NCBI GenBank assembly: GCA_023231475.1
Contig: JALJEE010000597.1
Coordinates: 1 to 56,794 of the forward strand
Origin: Seison nebaliae
Lineage: Eukaryota
DNA length: 56,794 nt
Reading direction: 5' to 3'
The notes below the pieces were generated by a model that did no database searches, was not told the DNA's origin, and was given only the letters and a program-made list of their open reading frames with translations. This document shows, in pieces, positions 11,729 through 23,742 of the stretch. Numbering within the stretch: position 1 is the stretch's first letter; every line of letters begins with the position of its first letter. The translations under genes and the position numbers were made by a program.

Positions 11729-14440
11729 ATGCCAAATGAAACCAGTGACAGTAACTCGCTAAATGATATAGATACGATAAACCTCCAAAGTATTTCCGTC
11801 GATCAAATCGAAGAGGCTAAAGAGAAGAATCCAAGTCAGCCTCAAGCTGTTGCCTTCCATCCACCTGGTATCGATATGACGAAACGATCTGAACGTAAAG
11901 TAGAAGTTGAAGTACCATCTGATCGAAAAGGAAAAACTAATTCTGGAAGAAGAAGTACACTCGTTACTCGAATTTCTGCCGGTCGCAATAGAGGTTCTAT
12001 TGAAATTCGATCACCGTCACCCGAAAGAGGAATGCAGACGGTTGTGGTGGCGAGAAATCCCAAAACTACTCCCAAAATACAAAATCCAAATCCATTCGTT
12101 GGAACTCCAGTGGTAGAAACGACCACAACAACGAGAACATTTATGATGCCCACCGAAGGTGGTTCGCCTTTTGCCGATATGAACTCTCCTCAAAAACAAT
12201 CACCTTATTCATCTCCTATTGTCATCACACCCAGAGATCGACGTCGAGAAAGAGTGATCGGAAGTGGCAAATCACAATTAGTTCGAACCTATTATGATAA
12301 AGATATTTTGGATAGAAGAAGACCGGAAATCATCGAAGATCAACCCAGAGATATGGATCAAGCCGTTCATGAATTATGGAAAGTGATCGATGTTTTAGGA
12401 TCGTTAACTGAGAATTTAACGATGAGAAATAAGGAATTAGAAGAAATCCGTAAAGATCCTCAACATCCCGCCCTATCAACTTATCATTCAAAAACGGGGT
12501 ATCCACATAAGAAAAATGAATTCGTTCAAATTAAAGATTGGCAAGTGAGTAAATCGAAAGGACAAGCACATACATCAGCTGCTCGTTATACACTCGACGA
12601 GAAGATTCTTGAACGAGATAATTTAGATATTACCAGATATCCATTAGGTATGCGCATTGATCGTACTGAACAATTTTTAAAAATTTTACCGGTCGATGAT
12701 ACGAATAAACAATATTTTACCGACGTTTTCATTTATTCAGATCAGATGCCAAAATATGCCATCGAAAAAAGCGATTTTAAAGAGTGGGAACAAATTTTTT
12801 ATACTTACAAAGACAACATTTATTTGGATGATGAACCGAAAGATTATGAATATTATAAATCACTTTTTCAAGGGTATCGTTTGAAACATAAACGATTCAT
12901 CACTTCATACATCTTTCCCACATATTTAGAGTGTCGAGCTCTATCTAATGTGGATGTTTATTTCATGTTGAAATTAATGACAAAGACATTGAACAAATGG
13001 AATTTGGCTAGGCCGTTAGAGAAATCAGTAAAATTTATGATACCTCAAGAATCGGAAGATGAAATACTCGGTTTTCGACCAATAGATTCTACTGAAAACG
13101 GTCCAAGTAACGAGACATTGAAACGACATGATATTCGAGGACTTATCGGCTCTCTTCATACAACATTTCGATCAACACTCGTTTTAGCTGCTACGAATAG
13201 TGGACAAGCGGTTGTTTTAAAAATCCAGTCGAAAATTGCTCATATGAGTCGTTTGCCAATTTTGTCAAGTACGAATTTTGCTAATTCACCCGAATGGCAT
13301 AATATTAAGAAGAATGTTTTTAAAGAAAGGATGACGTTAGATAGAGTGAAAAATTGTCATTATTCGATTAAGCCTTTGTGGTTTGATCACGATAATTATT
13401 TTACATATATCGCTTTCCCTTATGGAGAAGCGGGACCATTAGATAAGGTTTTTGGAAAGATACTTCGATATCATCCTGAGAAAATATCGCCATTAACTTA
13501 TACGATGATTCCTTATCATTGGCTTAGACATATCGCTATGATGATTCTTTGTGGTGTTGAAGAGTTGCACAAACTTGACATAATTCACAACGATATTAAA
13601 GGTGCCAATATTTTCGTATATAAGGATGGCAGTTTGAAATTGGGAGATTTTCATTCATCTGAAGATTTTCTCGGTATCATTTCAAATAAGGTTTGTGGAA
13701 CTTATACTCATATGTCACCTGAATCGATATGGCCAGAATTGTACGGAGGTTATGATAAATCGAAAGATTTCTTTGCAACTGCGACTGTCGTTCTTCAATG
13801 TATTTTCTGCGTGAATTATCGTGAATATTATCCGTTAGCTCCGTGGGATGAATATAATGAAATAATTCTTCATCAGAAAATTCCCTTACATCAGGAACCA
13901 AATCGTATTGTGGAAATTCCGGAATTATACGAATATCTTTCACTTTCACTTTATTTCGATCCGAAGAAAAGATTGAAAACGTTTAAAGATATAATTGCAC
14001 TGAAATTTTTCGAAGGTATGAATGTGAAATCTTATCAAAATGGAGAACATCTTAAACATGCCCCCTCAGGCTATGCGGACGCTATTCGTTCCGTTATTGC
14101 AGACGACGTATCACCACCTGCATATGATATAATGGTCCCAAAAGATTTACTTCTGGGTAATTCCATATCTGATAGTATCATAACTGATCAAGGAGGTGAC
14201 ATGGTATTCTTTCCGGATAATCTCTTTAGTGGCTGGGTGAATTTAGAAGAATACCACTCGGATATGGGACGAGTTCCTGACGATTGGAATTCGAAAAAAT
14301 ATTTGAAATTTGCAACTAATTTGAAATTGCGCGAATTCACTAAAGTAGAACAGTTTCAAGATAAAGATATACCGATGGTTGATCGAGTTTGGGGTAAAAT
14401 TTATTGGGCATTGGAAAAACAAAAAGAAGAAAAGAAATAA
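11729..14440 (+). CDS. Divergent intronless Ser/Thr protein kinase (AGC-like) with long disordered N-terminus
   Basis: VVLK, HNDIKGAN, LKLGDFH, VCGTYTHMSPE, GYDKSKDF, DPKKRL. First ATG at 11729. Confidence 0.85.
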   Translation: MPNETSDSNSLNDIDTINLQSISVDQIEEAKEKNPSQPQAVAFHPPGIDMTKRSERKVEVEVPSDRKGKTNSGRRSTLVTRISAGRNRGSIEIRSPSPERGMQTVVVARNPKTTPKIQNPNPFVGTPVVETTTTTRTFMMPTEGGSPFADMNSPQKQSPYSSPIVITPRDRRRERVIGSGKSQLVRTYYDKDILDRRRPEIIEDQPRDMDQAVHELWKVIDVLGSLTENLTMRNKELEEIRKDPQHPALSTYHSKTGYPHKKNEFVQIKDWQVSKSKGQAHTSAARYTLDEKILERDNLDITRYPLGMRIDRTEQFLKILPVDDTNKQYFTDVFIYSDQMPKYAIEKSDFKEWEQIFYTYKDNIYLDDEPKDYEYYKSLFQGYRLKHKRFITSYIFPTYLECRALSNVDVYFMLKLMTKTLNKWNLARPLEKSVKFMIPQESEDEILGFRPIDSTENGPSNETLKRHDIRGLIGSLHTTFRSTLVLAATNSGQAVVLKIQSKIAHMSRLPILSSTNFANSPEWHNIKKNVFKERMTLDRVKNCHYSIKPLWFDHDNYFTYIAFPYGEAGPLDKVFGKILRYHPEKISPLTYTMIPYHWLRHIAMMILCGVEELHKLDIIHNDIKGANIFVYKDGSLKLGDFHSSEDFLGIISNKVCGTYTHMSPESIWPELYGGYDKSKDFFATATVVLQCIFCVNYREYYPLAPWDEYNEIILHQKIPLHQEPNRIVEIPELYEYLSLSLYFDPKKRLKTFKDIIALKFFEGMNVKSYQNGEHLKHAPSGYADAIRSVIADDVSPPAYDIMVPKDLLLGNSISDSIITDQGGDMVFFPDNLFSGWVNLEEYHSDMGRVPDDWNSKKYLKFATNLKLREFTKVEQFQDKDIPMVDRVWGKIYWALEKQKEEKK

Positions 14441-14674
14441 TTCGCAATCTAATACTGTACTGACAGTTGTGTACTGTTGTGAGAATGTCAATAATTAGAT
14501 TAGATTTGTTAAGAATTTCAAAAGTTCAAGTTTAGAAATTTCTAGTTAATTATCGAAAATGTAAATAAATTATTATCTTTAATTACTATTTTGCTTTAAT
14601 CGACAGTTATAATTTTTAATTAAATACGAAAAATTAAAATTCGAAAAATCCTGTCTGTACTGAAAAAATAAAAA

Positions 14675-15298
14675 ATGATCGATTCGAGTACCTGTACCGA
14701 TATCAACTCTTCAATCATCTCCAACGCACCTGTAGTAATTACACCGTTAGTCCCCGGTGACGCATCGCAATCCTCAGGTATGGATCGTATTCTCAACTCA
14801 TCAACCTTCCAAGAATTATTAGAGAATTCCTCATACCTAATTCCCGATTGCTCGAGTAGTCTACATCTTTTTTCAACTCGAGATATTTCTAATGCGATCA
14901 ACTCTCCAGGAAGCAACAAAGCTCACGGCATCGACGGGATCTGTCCAAAGCTCGTGCAATGTTGTGAAGAGAGACTCTCGCCGATTCTTCTCGAAATCGT
15001 TAATCAGACTTTCTACACAAGAGTGTTCCCCGTGGAATGGTTGCACCTTAGAACAATTCCTTTGCTGAAGAAACCATCTAACGATGCACATGAACTGAAT
15101 TCTTACCATCCGATCTGCATCAGTCCATTCATGCTTCGTCTCATCGAGCGAATGGTACTCAACAGATACAAGACGAGTTTTTATTCCTCTCCTCATCAAT
15201 TCGCCTACAGAGCTGCTGATCGAGGTTCCATCCTGGGATCTTGTCTGACTTTCCTGCCTGAACAATCGGGCAACAATAGTAATTTGATACGAAATTAA
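14675..15298 (+). mobile_element. Non-LTR (LINE) retrotransposon fragment: N-terminal part of the RT domain only
   Basis: KAHGIDGI, FP.EW, IPLLKK, YHPICISPFMLRLIERMV and QFAYR; truncated before YADD; markedly GC-richer than the flanks. Confidence 0.85.
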
Positions 15299-15417
15299 TT
15301 AATGAACAAATTAAATTTGAGCGATTAGAAATTCAATTAAATAAATTTTTATTTGACTAAAATTTAACATTCTCCGAAATATTTGTTCATTCTCTCAGAA
15401 ATGTTATTAGAAGAGAT

Positions 15418-16026
15418 TCATGATTTCTTCATTTGTGTTTGTGCAGATGTCAGAAATTGTTCGATGTGGGAACGGAAAACTTCTTGAACGACCACACCGT
15501 CGACATCTATAAAATTTTCGATTTTCAATTCCTTCTTCTCTGAAAAATCGCCAGTACTTCCTTTCTTGAAGGTGAGGGTGAGATTGTAGATTGGAACGAA
15601 TTTTTTCACTTTTGATTGTAATCGAATTGTCGTATCTTTCTCCTTCCCATAAAATACTGTTCCTTTGTCGATGTATAAGAGATAATAAGTCATCATTGCC
15701 ATGAGAAGTAAGTAAGTGAGTGGGCAGACAGTGAGAATGAGTGACGATTGTGGATATGGATATAATTGATCATAAGCCAATGCGAAACCGGCGACAATGA
15801 CGGAGATCAATGAGAAACCTAATCGAATATCGAGATAAAAATGATTTTCTTTCCATCCCAATTCTTCCATATACTTCCTTAAACTATCATCAAATCCATT
15901 CTTCACACTATTAATATCCCATTTCTCCACTTTTATCTCTTTCTTCTCATCTTCATCGTCTATCTGATTTTTCGAATTGTTCGTCTCTTTCACTTTGTCG
16001 CCATTTGAATTCTTCTTTTTACCCAT
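15418..16026 (-). CDS. SPCS2: Signal peptidase complex subunit 2 (SPC25 family)
   Basis: KVEKWDINSVKNGFDD, ENHFYLDIRL, two TM segments around YPYPQS, FIDVDGVV. Confidence 0.9.
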   Translation of the reverse strand: MGKKKNSNGDKVKETNNSKNQIDDEDEKKEIKVEKWDINSVKNGFDDSLRKYMEELGWKENHFYLDIRLGFSLISVIVAGFALAYDQLYPYPQSSLILTVCPLTYLLLMAMMTYYLLYIDKGTVFYGKEKDTTIRLQSKVKKFVPIYNLTLTFKKGSTGDFSEKKELKIENFIDVDGVVVQEVFRSHIEQFLTSAQTQMKKS

Positions 16027-16189
16027 CTACTTCTAAATAAGGAAAAATGTCTAGGAAAAAATTCTGCAAAAATTTATTGTCGTTCATTATTATATCATCA
16101 TTTGAAATCAGAAATAATTAATGAAAATTGAAAAAACTGGATAATATAGAGAAAAATGAGATGATGGGAAAAATTTGAATTATTTCAAT

Positions 16190-16924
16190 TTAATTTCCTT
16201 TCGAACATTGTTTTGTTGTACTCACAGTGTTACCTTTACGAATAGTGATGGTTTTACATACCGTCCCATCACTTTTCCGTTCGATCGATTGTTCTTGCGA
16301 GACTCCCATTGAATTAGAAGATTGATATTTTGTTCGTACCGTTCCCATATCATCATCATTTATCGAATCTTCACCAAATATTGATCCGAACATATTTCCG
16401 ATGTTGGAGAAAACTCCGCCGTCACTTCCTTGTCGATTTTGAAAGAAAGAATTAATTTCACTATCATCTTCTGCATTGTCGAACATTCCGTTGAAAAAAT
16501 CATCAGCGGCAAATCCAGCTTTCTGTGTATTCTTCATATGTTCTTTGAAATGTGAATTGAAATGAGATTTGAAAGCGAAATCGAAATTGGAGAAGAAATC
16601 TTTCATATTAAATGATTCATGATCGAAATGATTATGAAGATCTTCAGCTCCTGATCCGCCCATATCATAAATTCGTCTCTTTTCTTCATTTGATAAGATC
16701 TCATAAGCTTCCGCTATCTCTCGAAATTTCTCTTCGGCATCTTTCTCCTTATTCTTATCAGGATGATAATGAAGTGCTTTCTTACGGAATGCTTTCTTTA
16801 TTTCATTCTTGGTCGCATCTCGTTTCACTCCCAACAACTTATAATAATCTTCCACACATCCACCAACGTAAAAACAGAGGAGAATAAACAATAAAACTCT
16901 TTCACATTTCCAATTCATTTTCAT
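16190..16924 (-). CDS. DNAJB9: ER DnaJ co-chaperone ERdj4/DNAJB9-like
   Basis: Signal peptide, J domain with HPD, G/F-rich region, C-terminal [19 protein letters not shown] typical of DNAJB9. Confidence 0.85.
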   Translation of the reverse strand: MKMNWKCERVLLFILLCFYVGGCVEDYYKLLGVKRDATKNEIKKAFRKKALHYHPDKNKEKDAEEKFREIAEAYEILSNEEKRRIYDMGGSGAEDLHNHFDHESFNMKDFFSNFDFAFKSHFNSHFKEHMKNTQKAGFAADDFFNGMFDNAEDDSEINSFFQNRQGSDGGVFSNIGNMFGSIFGEDSINDDDMGTVRTKYQSSNSMGVSQEQSIERKSDGTVCKTITIRKGNTVSTTKQCSKGN

Positions 16925-17377
16925 TCGTTAACTCTTTCAGGTTTTCTTTCAGAAAATTATGAAAGAAATTTCACATATCAAATAAACTCAAAATTTTCAA
17001 TGCAACTTTTATGTACATATAACAGTGACGTATCATAAGATGTGTATATGCAATTAAACTATCTCATATTCCTTGCAACGTCATTCTTTATAAAAATATC
17101 TTATTCTCGAATTCTTTTTCTTTCACTTTCTAAAAAATATTTATTACCTTCAATATCTCTCTCCATTTCACGAACTACTCAAAGAAAAAGCTTCAAACAT
17201 TCAAATTTACCTTATCAACAACAACAACAAGATTTATTCATTTATTTAGAAAATTATGAAATTTAGAATTCCAATATCATATTCGATGAATGGAAATGAA
17301 ATTAAATTTTTAAAAAATCTTTTCCTAATTAAAAAAAAAACTTTTATTTAATTAATTAATAATATTTTTATTTGTCA

Positions 17378-18671
<1,294 letters not shown>

Positions 18672-20477
18672 TTAAGTCGCCAATCTAAATAATAATAACT
18701 TGACCTTTAATCAACTTTTTATTAATTAGATTAGAAAAAATCATATGAAAAGTTAAAATTTTAAATTTATCTATCTCACAATTCTCATACAAATTCTTCA
18801 ATTTTTAGCTGGTTCACTTTTAAATTATCATATTATGATGATCATACCAAAGTTATTTAATTTACATATGATCATATAACAACCAACTTAATTAGCATAA
18901 CTTATCATTAAAATTAATTACAATATTCTTTAGAATTTCGTTTTCTTCTATAATTGTTCTAACTCATTCTTCACTCTCAATTTCCAGTTCAAGAAAAGAT
19001 TTACTATTAGGTATTAGGTATTAGGTATTATTATTCATGTCATTCTAATTTTAAAAACGATAGAACTATTTCTATAAATTACTATTTATGAAGTTCAGTT
19101 CAATGTTCAGAATTTTTGAAATTTTAATTGAAAAAAAAAAATAGTTAAAAGACGCTTTATAGTTTTAATTAAAATTTTCTTCCTACTTACAAGTTAGAAG
19201 TTAAATTATATAGTATATAGAAGTATGATAGTTCACAAAAATAATTCAAAAATAATAATAATATTCACAATTAATTTTTTAACATTATATTGTCATTAAC
19301 AGTTGTAAGTAATTGTATTTGTATTATTTCAGGTAATGTACCTGTCTTACATTATTAAGATCAATCGATTCTAATTAGAAGAAAAAGTTTTTAATCAAAA
19401 AATACATTTAAATTTAAAAATAACAAATTATTGAAATATTAAGAATAGTTTAATAGAGACTTCAATAATAATGATAATAATAAATTGGTATACATATAAA
19501 TGAAATTTGTCACATATTTTTCTTTGTTCTTCACACTAACTTCTTAAAACGGTAGAGTAGGAGGTTCATTCGAATGGACACTCTCCATGTCTTACCTGTG
19601 AAAACAGTAAAAAGAAGATGAGTGAAAGAGAGAAAATTGTGGGAGTGAATTTCTTTGTCACAGTCGGAGCATAATTCGAATTTTCCCTTATTACGTTACG
19701 TCATATTATTCCTTTTTTTGCAAATATTCTCCAATTAAAGGAAGAATAAAATGATTATTGAGATTAAATCTCTTATTAGAAGGCAACTGTTGATTATGGC
19801 ATATGATAATTCTTGGTATTAATGTTATTAATGTGATTCAAATTTCATTCGTATTTATTCAGTCGCTCACAGTTTATTCAGTTAAATTTTACGTTCAAGT
19901 GTTGTGAAAGAAATTTCTTCGATTCAATCACGAAAAAAAAATTGGAAATTTATTAAGGAAAATTAAATTAATTGAGAAATAAACTATGAGAATTTGGTAT
20001 TATATTTGAAAGTGGTTCATGATTTTTATTTTATGAGAACAAGATAATTTTATTGTCCTAATATTATCATATCCATATGATTATAAAGTCTTTATCGAGA
20101 TATTTTCAATGGTTAAAAGTCCTTTTTTTCACAAACGGATCATGATCTATTAGATAAATGTTAATAAGAAGCATATGATCCTTTTGAAATTGTAAGCGCG
20201 TTTATGTAAATGTCAAAATTGTTTAGAAAGATTTCTCCCGTCTTTATACCACTTTGGAACTATAAGGAAGATATCTGGATAATAAGGAGGAAGGGATTCG
20301 GGAAAGAAAGTTGATTTAGAGATTAAACGATATTCTTCATTTTCCGTCGAAAATAAATGTCATCAGACATTAATTCTTCCTCTCCCCTTCTCCCTAATAT
20401 AAGAGACGTGAAATTTGTGTTCGATTTATTCTAATAATTTTTTCTTCTCATTCTCTCAGAAGAAATTTCGGAAGATC

Positions 20478-22525
20478 ATGAATGATAAATTGTTAAGGAT
20501 TCGTCAACTACTCAAATTGTATGGACAGGAACATCTTTTACGATTCTATGATGAATTAAATTCGGAAAAGAAAGAATATTTATTGAACGATATTAATTCC
20601 ATTAATTTCTCCCAATATTTTCATGAGACGACTTCCGATGTATCGTCGAGTAAAAGTGATGGACATTTAACACCGAAAAGTGTTAAATTAATCGATGAGG
20701 AGAGTATGTCACCAATGCCGGATGATTTAGTAGGATCGATGGCAAAAGAGACGAAAGAGAAAAAGAAAATTTATGAGAAAATTGGATTGGAAGCGATCGC
20801 TCGAAATGAAGTTGCCACCATTTTATTGGCTGGTGGTCAAGGTACTCGTTTAGGTGTCAATTATCCTAAAGGAATGTTCAATGTCGATTTGCCAAGTGAG
20901 AAAACATTGTTTCAATTACAATCAGAGAAATTGTTATATATGCACAAATTAGCTTCAATGAAATTAAATGTTAAATTTGAAAATATTTCCATTCCCTGGT
21001 ACATTATGACGAGTGAAGCGACTCAAGAAAAAACTTCGAATTTTTTCGAAAAAAATAATTTTTTTGGATTGAAAAAAGAGAATGTAAAATTTTTCGAACA
21101 AAATACATTGCCATGTCTGGGAAATGATGGGAAGATAATTTTGAATGATAAACATAAAATTGCACGTGCACCTGATGGAAATGGTGGTGTTTACAGCGCT
21201 CTCATTAACAATAATTATCTCGATGATATGGAAAAGAGAGGAGTAAAATATGTCTATGTGTATTGTGTGGATAATATTCTGGTTAAAATGGTTGATCCGA
21301 TTTTCATCGGATTTGCCATTTCAAAAAATTCAAATTGTGCCGCTAAATATGTGAAGAAAATACAACCGACTGAATCGGTCGGTGTTCTTTGTCAAGTGAA
21401 TAATCGTGCGAAATGTGTTGAATATTCGGAAATTAGTTTAGATACGGCATCAAAACGAAATCCGTCTACTGGCGATTTGGTTTATTCGGCGGGAAATATT
21501 TGTATTCATCTTTTCACTCGACAATTCCTTAACGAATTGACGAATAAATTAGACAAACTACCAAGTCACTTAGCGAAGAAGAAAGTGCCATTTATTAACG
21601 AGATGGGAGAGAAGATATTACCGAAAACTCCGAACGGAATTAAATTTGAAAAATATATTTTTGACATTTTTCCATTCTCCAAGTTAGTGGATTTTAATTC
21701 GTTTCCTCTCCATTCGTCTTCTCTCCATTTCGTTTAGCTCACCTTGGGCTAATGGGTAAGAAATTGAAGAATTTTCTTCTCTAATATCCGAATATAGTTG
21801 GGATATTTTCGATTAGTTCTTACTCACATTTTTCTCTCCAATTAGACAATTAGAATTTTGAAAAATAATTTAGATAATTTGTTTTATAATAACTCAAATA
21901 TTTAGATATCATCAATTATTTTTCCTTTTTCCAAAAAATAATTTCCAAAAAAACAAAACATTTTTTTTTTGATACGAGAGACTTTATTATAATATAATTT
22001 ATTATCATATATCTATATATATGTATTATATAATGTCGATCGAATTTGAAAAATGTTGAGGGGGAAATAATTAAAAAATTTTTTTCCTGATATTTGACTT
22101 TTTTTCTCTTTCAGTTGTTTCGCTTTGTGGGAAGTGTTGAGAGAAGATGAATTCTCTCCATTGAAGAATTCTTCTGGTGATTTCTCACCAGTAACAGCCA
22201 GAAGAGATTTGATGCATCTTCATTATCGATGGTTATTACAGAGTGAATGTAAATTCAAATATTCATATTCTCCAGACGGTTCCCCAATTCCTCATATACA
22301 AAAGTTAATTTTTTTTCCGTCTTCTCTATTAATGACGTGAATTAAAGAGAAGAAGAGAAAAATCGATTGAGATGTGAAGTGTCGCCACTCATCAGTTACA
22401 ATGGAGAGAATTTGGAGAGTGTAAAAGGAATGAATCTCACACCGCCAATCTATCTGGAAATGGTGAATAATGAAATAATGTTGAATGCTAAATCTCTGAA
22501 CAATTCGATCGAAGAATCTGATTAG
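20478..22525 (+). CDS. UAP1: UDP-N-acetylglucosamine pyrophosphorylase
   Basis: LLAGGQGTRLG...PKG, APDGNGG, YCVDN, VEYSE, KFEKYIFDIF, EFSPLKN, CEVSPLISYNGE. Introns 21683-22114 (containing a possible microexon at 21738-21755) and 22304-22347. Confidence 0.95.
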
Positions 22526-22551
22526 GAAATATTTTTTGAATTTTTTATTTA

Positions 22552-23295
22552 TCATATAAAAATGCGAGAAGAAATATCATTTATCATCCAACTAATTCCA
22601 TCCAATAAATTGTCGCCGGTGGCAGCACTACACTCCACTATCTCAAAATGATGTGTTGTTAATTTATCTAATTCTAAAGTCTAAAAATAAATAAGAGAAT
22701 TTAAAATGTAAAAAAGAAGAAATTTGGAACTTCTTTCAATTGTTCTCCTGAAACACTTCCATCTAAATCTTGTTTATTCGCGAAAATAAGAAGAGTCGCT
22801 CCATTTAATTTCTGGAATGAATTTTGTTAAATTTTTTTAAAATTAAATTTTAACTTCTTGATTGAGAAGAAGTAATAAATCATTTTTACACGTCGATAAT
22901 CGTTCTCGATCAGCACTGTCAATCACCCAAATTAATCCATCAGTCGATTCGAAATGATTTCTCCAATAAGCACGTATCGATTTCTGTCCACCCACATCCC
23001 AAAAATTCAATTTGTAACTATATTCGTTACAATTTGTAACGGGAATTGTCAATGAGAATTTTAAGTAACTTTTTAAATTCAATCGTTTTAATATTGAAAC
23101 CGACAGTTGGTGCGATTTCATCGATCGATTCTCCATTGATTCGTTTCAAGATGGTCGTCTTACCGGCATTATCCAAACCACTAAATTAAGTTGATAATTT
23201 AATTATTTCATTTAAAATTAAAATTTGAACAGAATGAGAATGCGCATTTCTTTCTCCTTCCTTTTCAACTTCCTCAAAATCGCTGACAATCTCAT
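22552..23295 (-). CDS. ARL2: ADP-ribosylation factor-like GTPase 2, 5 exons
   Basis: [60 protein letters not shown]. Introns 23181-23230, 23018-23069, 22812-22854, 22681-22730. Confidence 0.92.
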
Positions 23296-23742
23296 CCTTA
23301 CTAATTCACTATTGGAATTGTTCTATGAAAATTTTGAAAGTTTCCAAACGACCAACCAATTTATGAGTAATTGTCTCTAATTTAATTTTTTAAGCTATTG
23401 AACCAAAAAGGAAAAATTGTTTAAATTCAATGAAATTAAATTCTGAACATTTATTTATTTAAATTTATTGGTTGGTTACCATGGAAACGTTTGTCAAATT
23501 TACAAATTATAATTTAAACTTTCTAAAATTTCATTCTATAATTTTCTTCTATTAAATTTTCCACTAATATTAATAATAAAATAAATGAAAGAGATTGTTT
23601 GGTGGAGAGAAAGAAATTTATAAATTCATTATAAATTTCATTTTTCTCTTTCTAATAAAATGTGTTTCTTGACATTTTATTGATTATAATTGATAAATTA
23701 TTTAATAAATTCATAATATTAAAGCAAAGTCAATTAGTATTC

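Noticed and set aside
19006..19030. (TATTAGG)3 as an interstitial telomere
   Set aside because: Only three 7-nt units; more likely a simple microsatellite.
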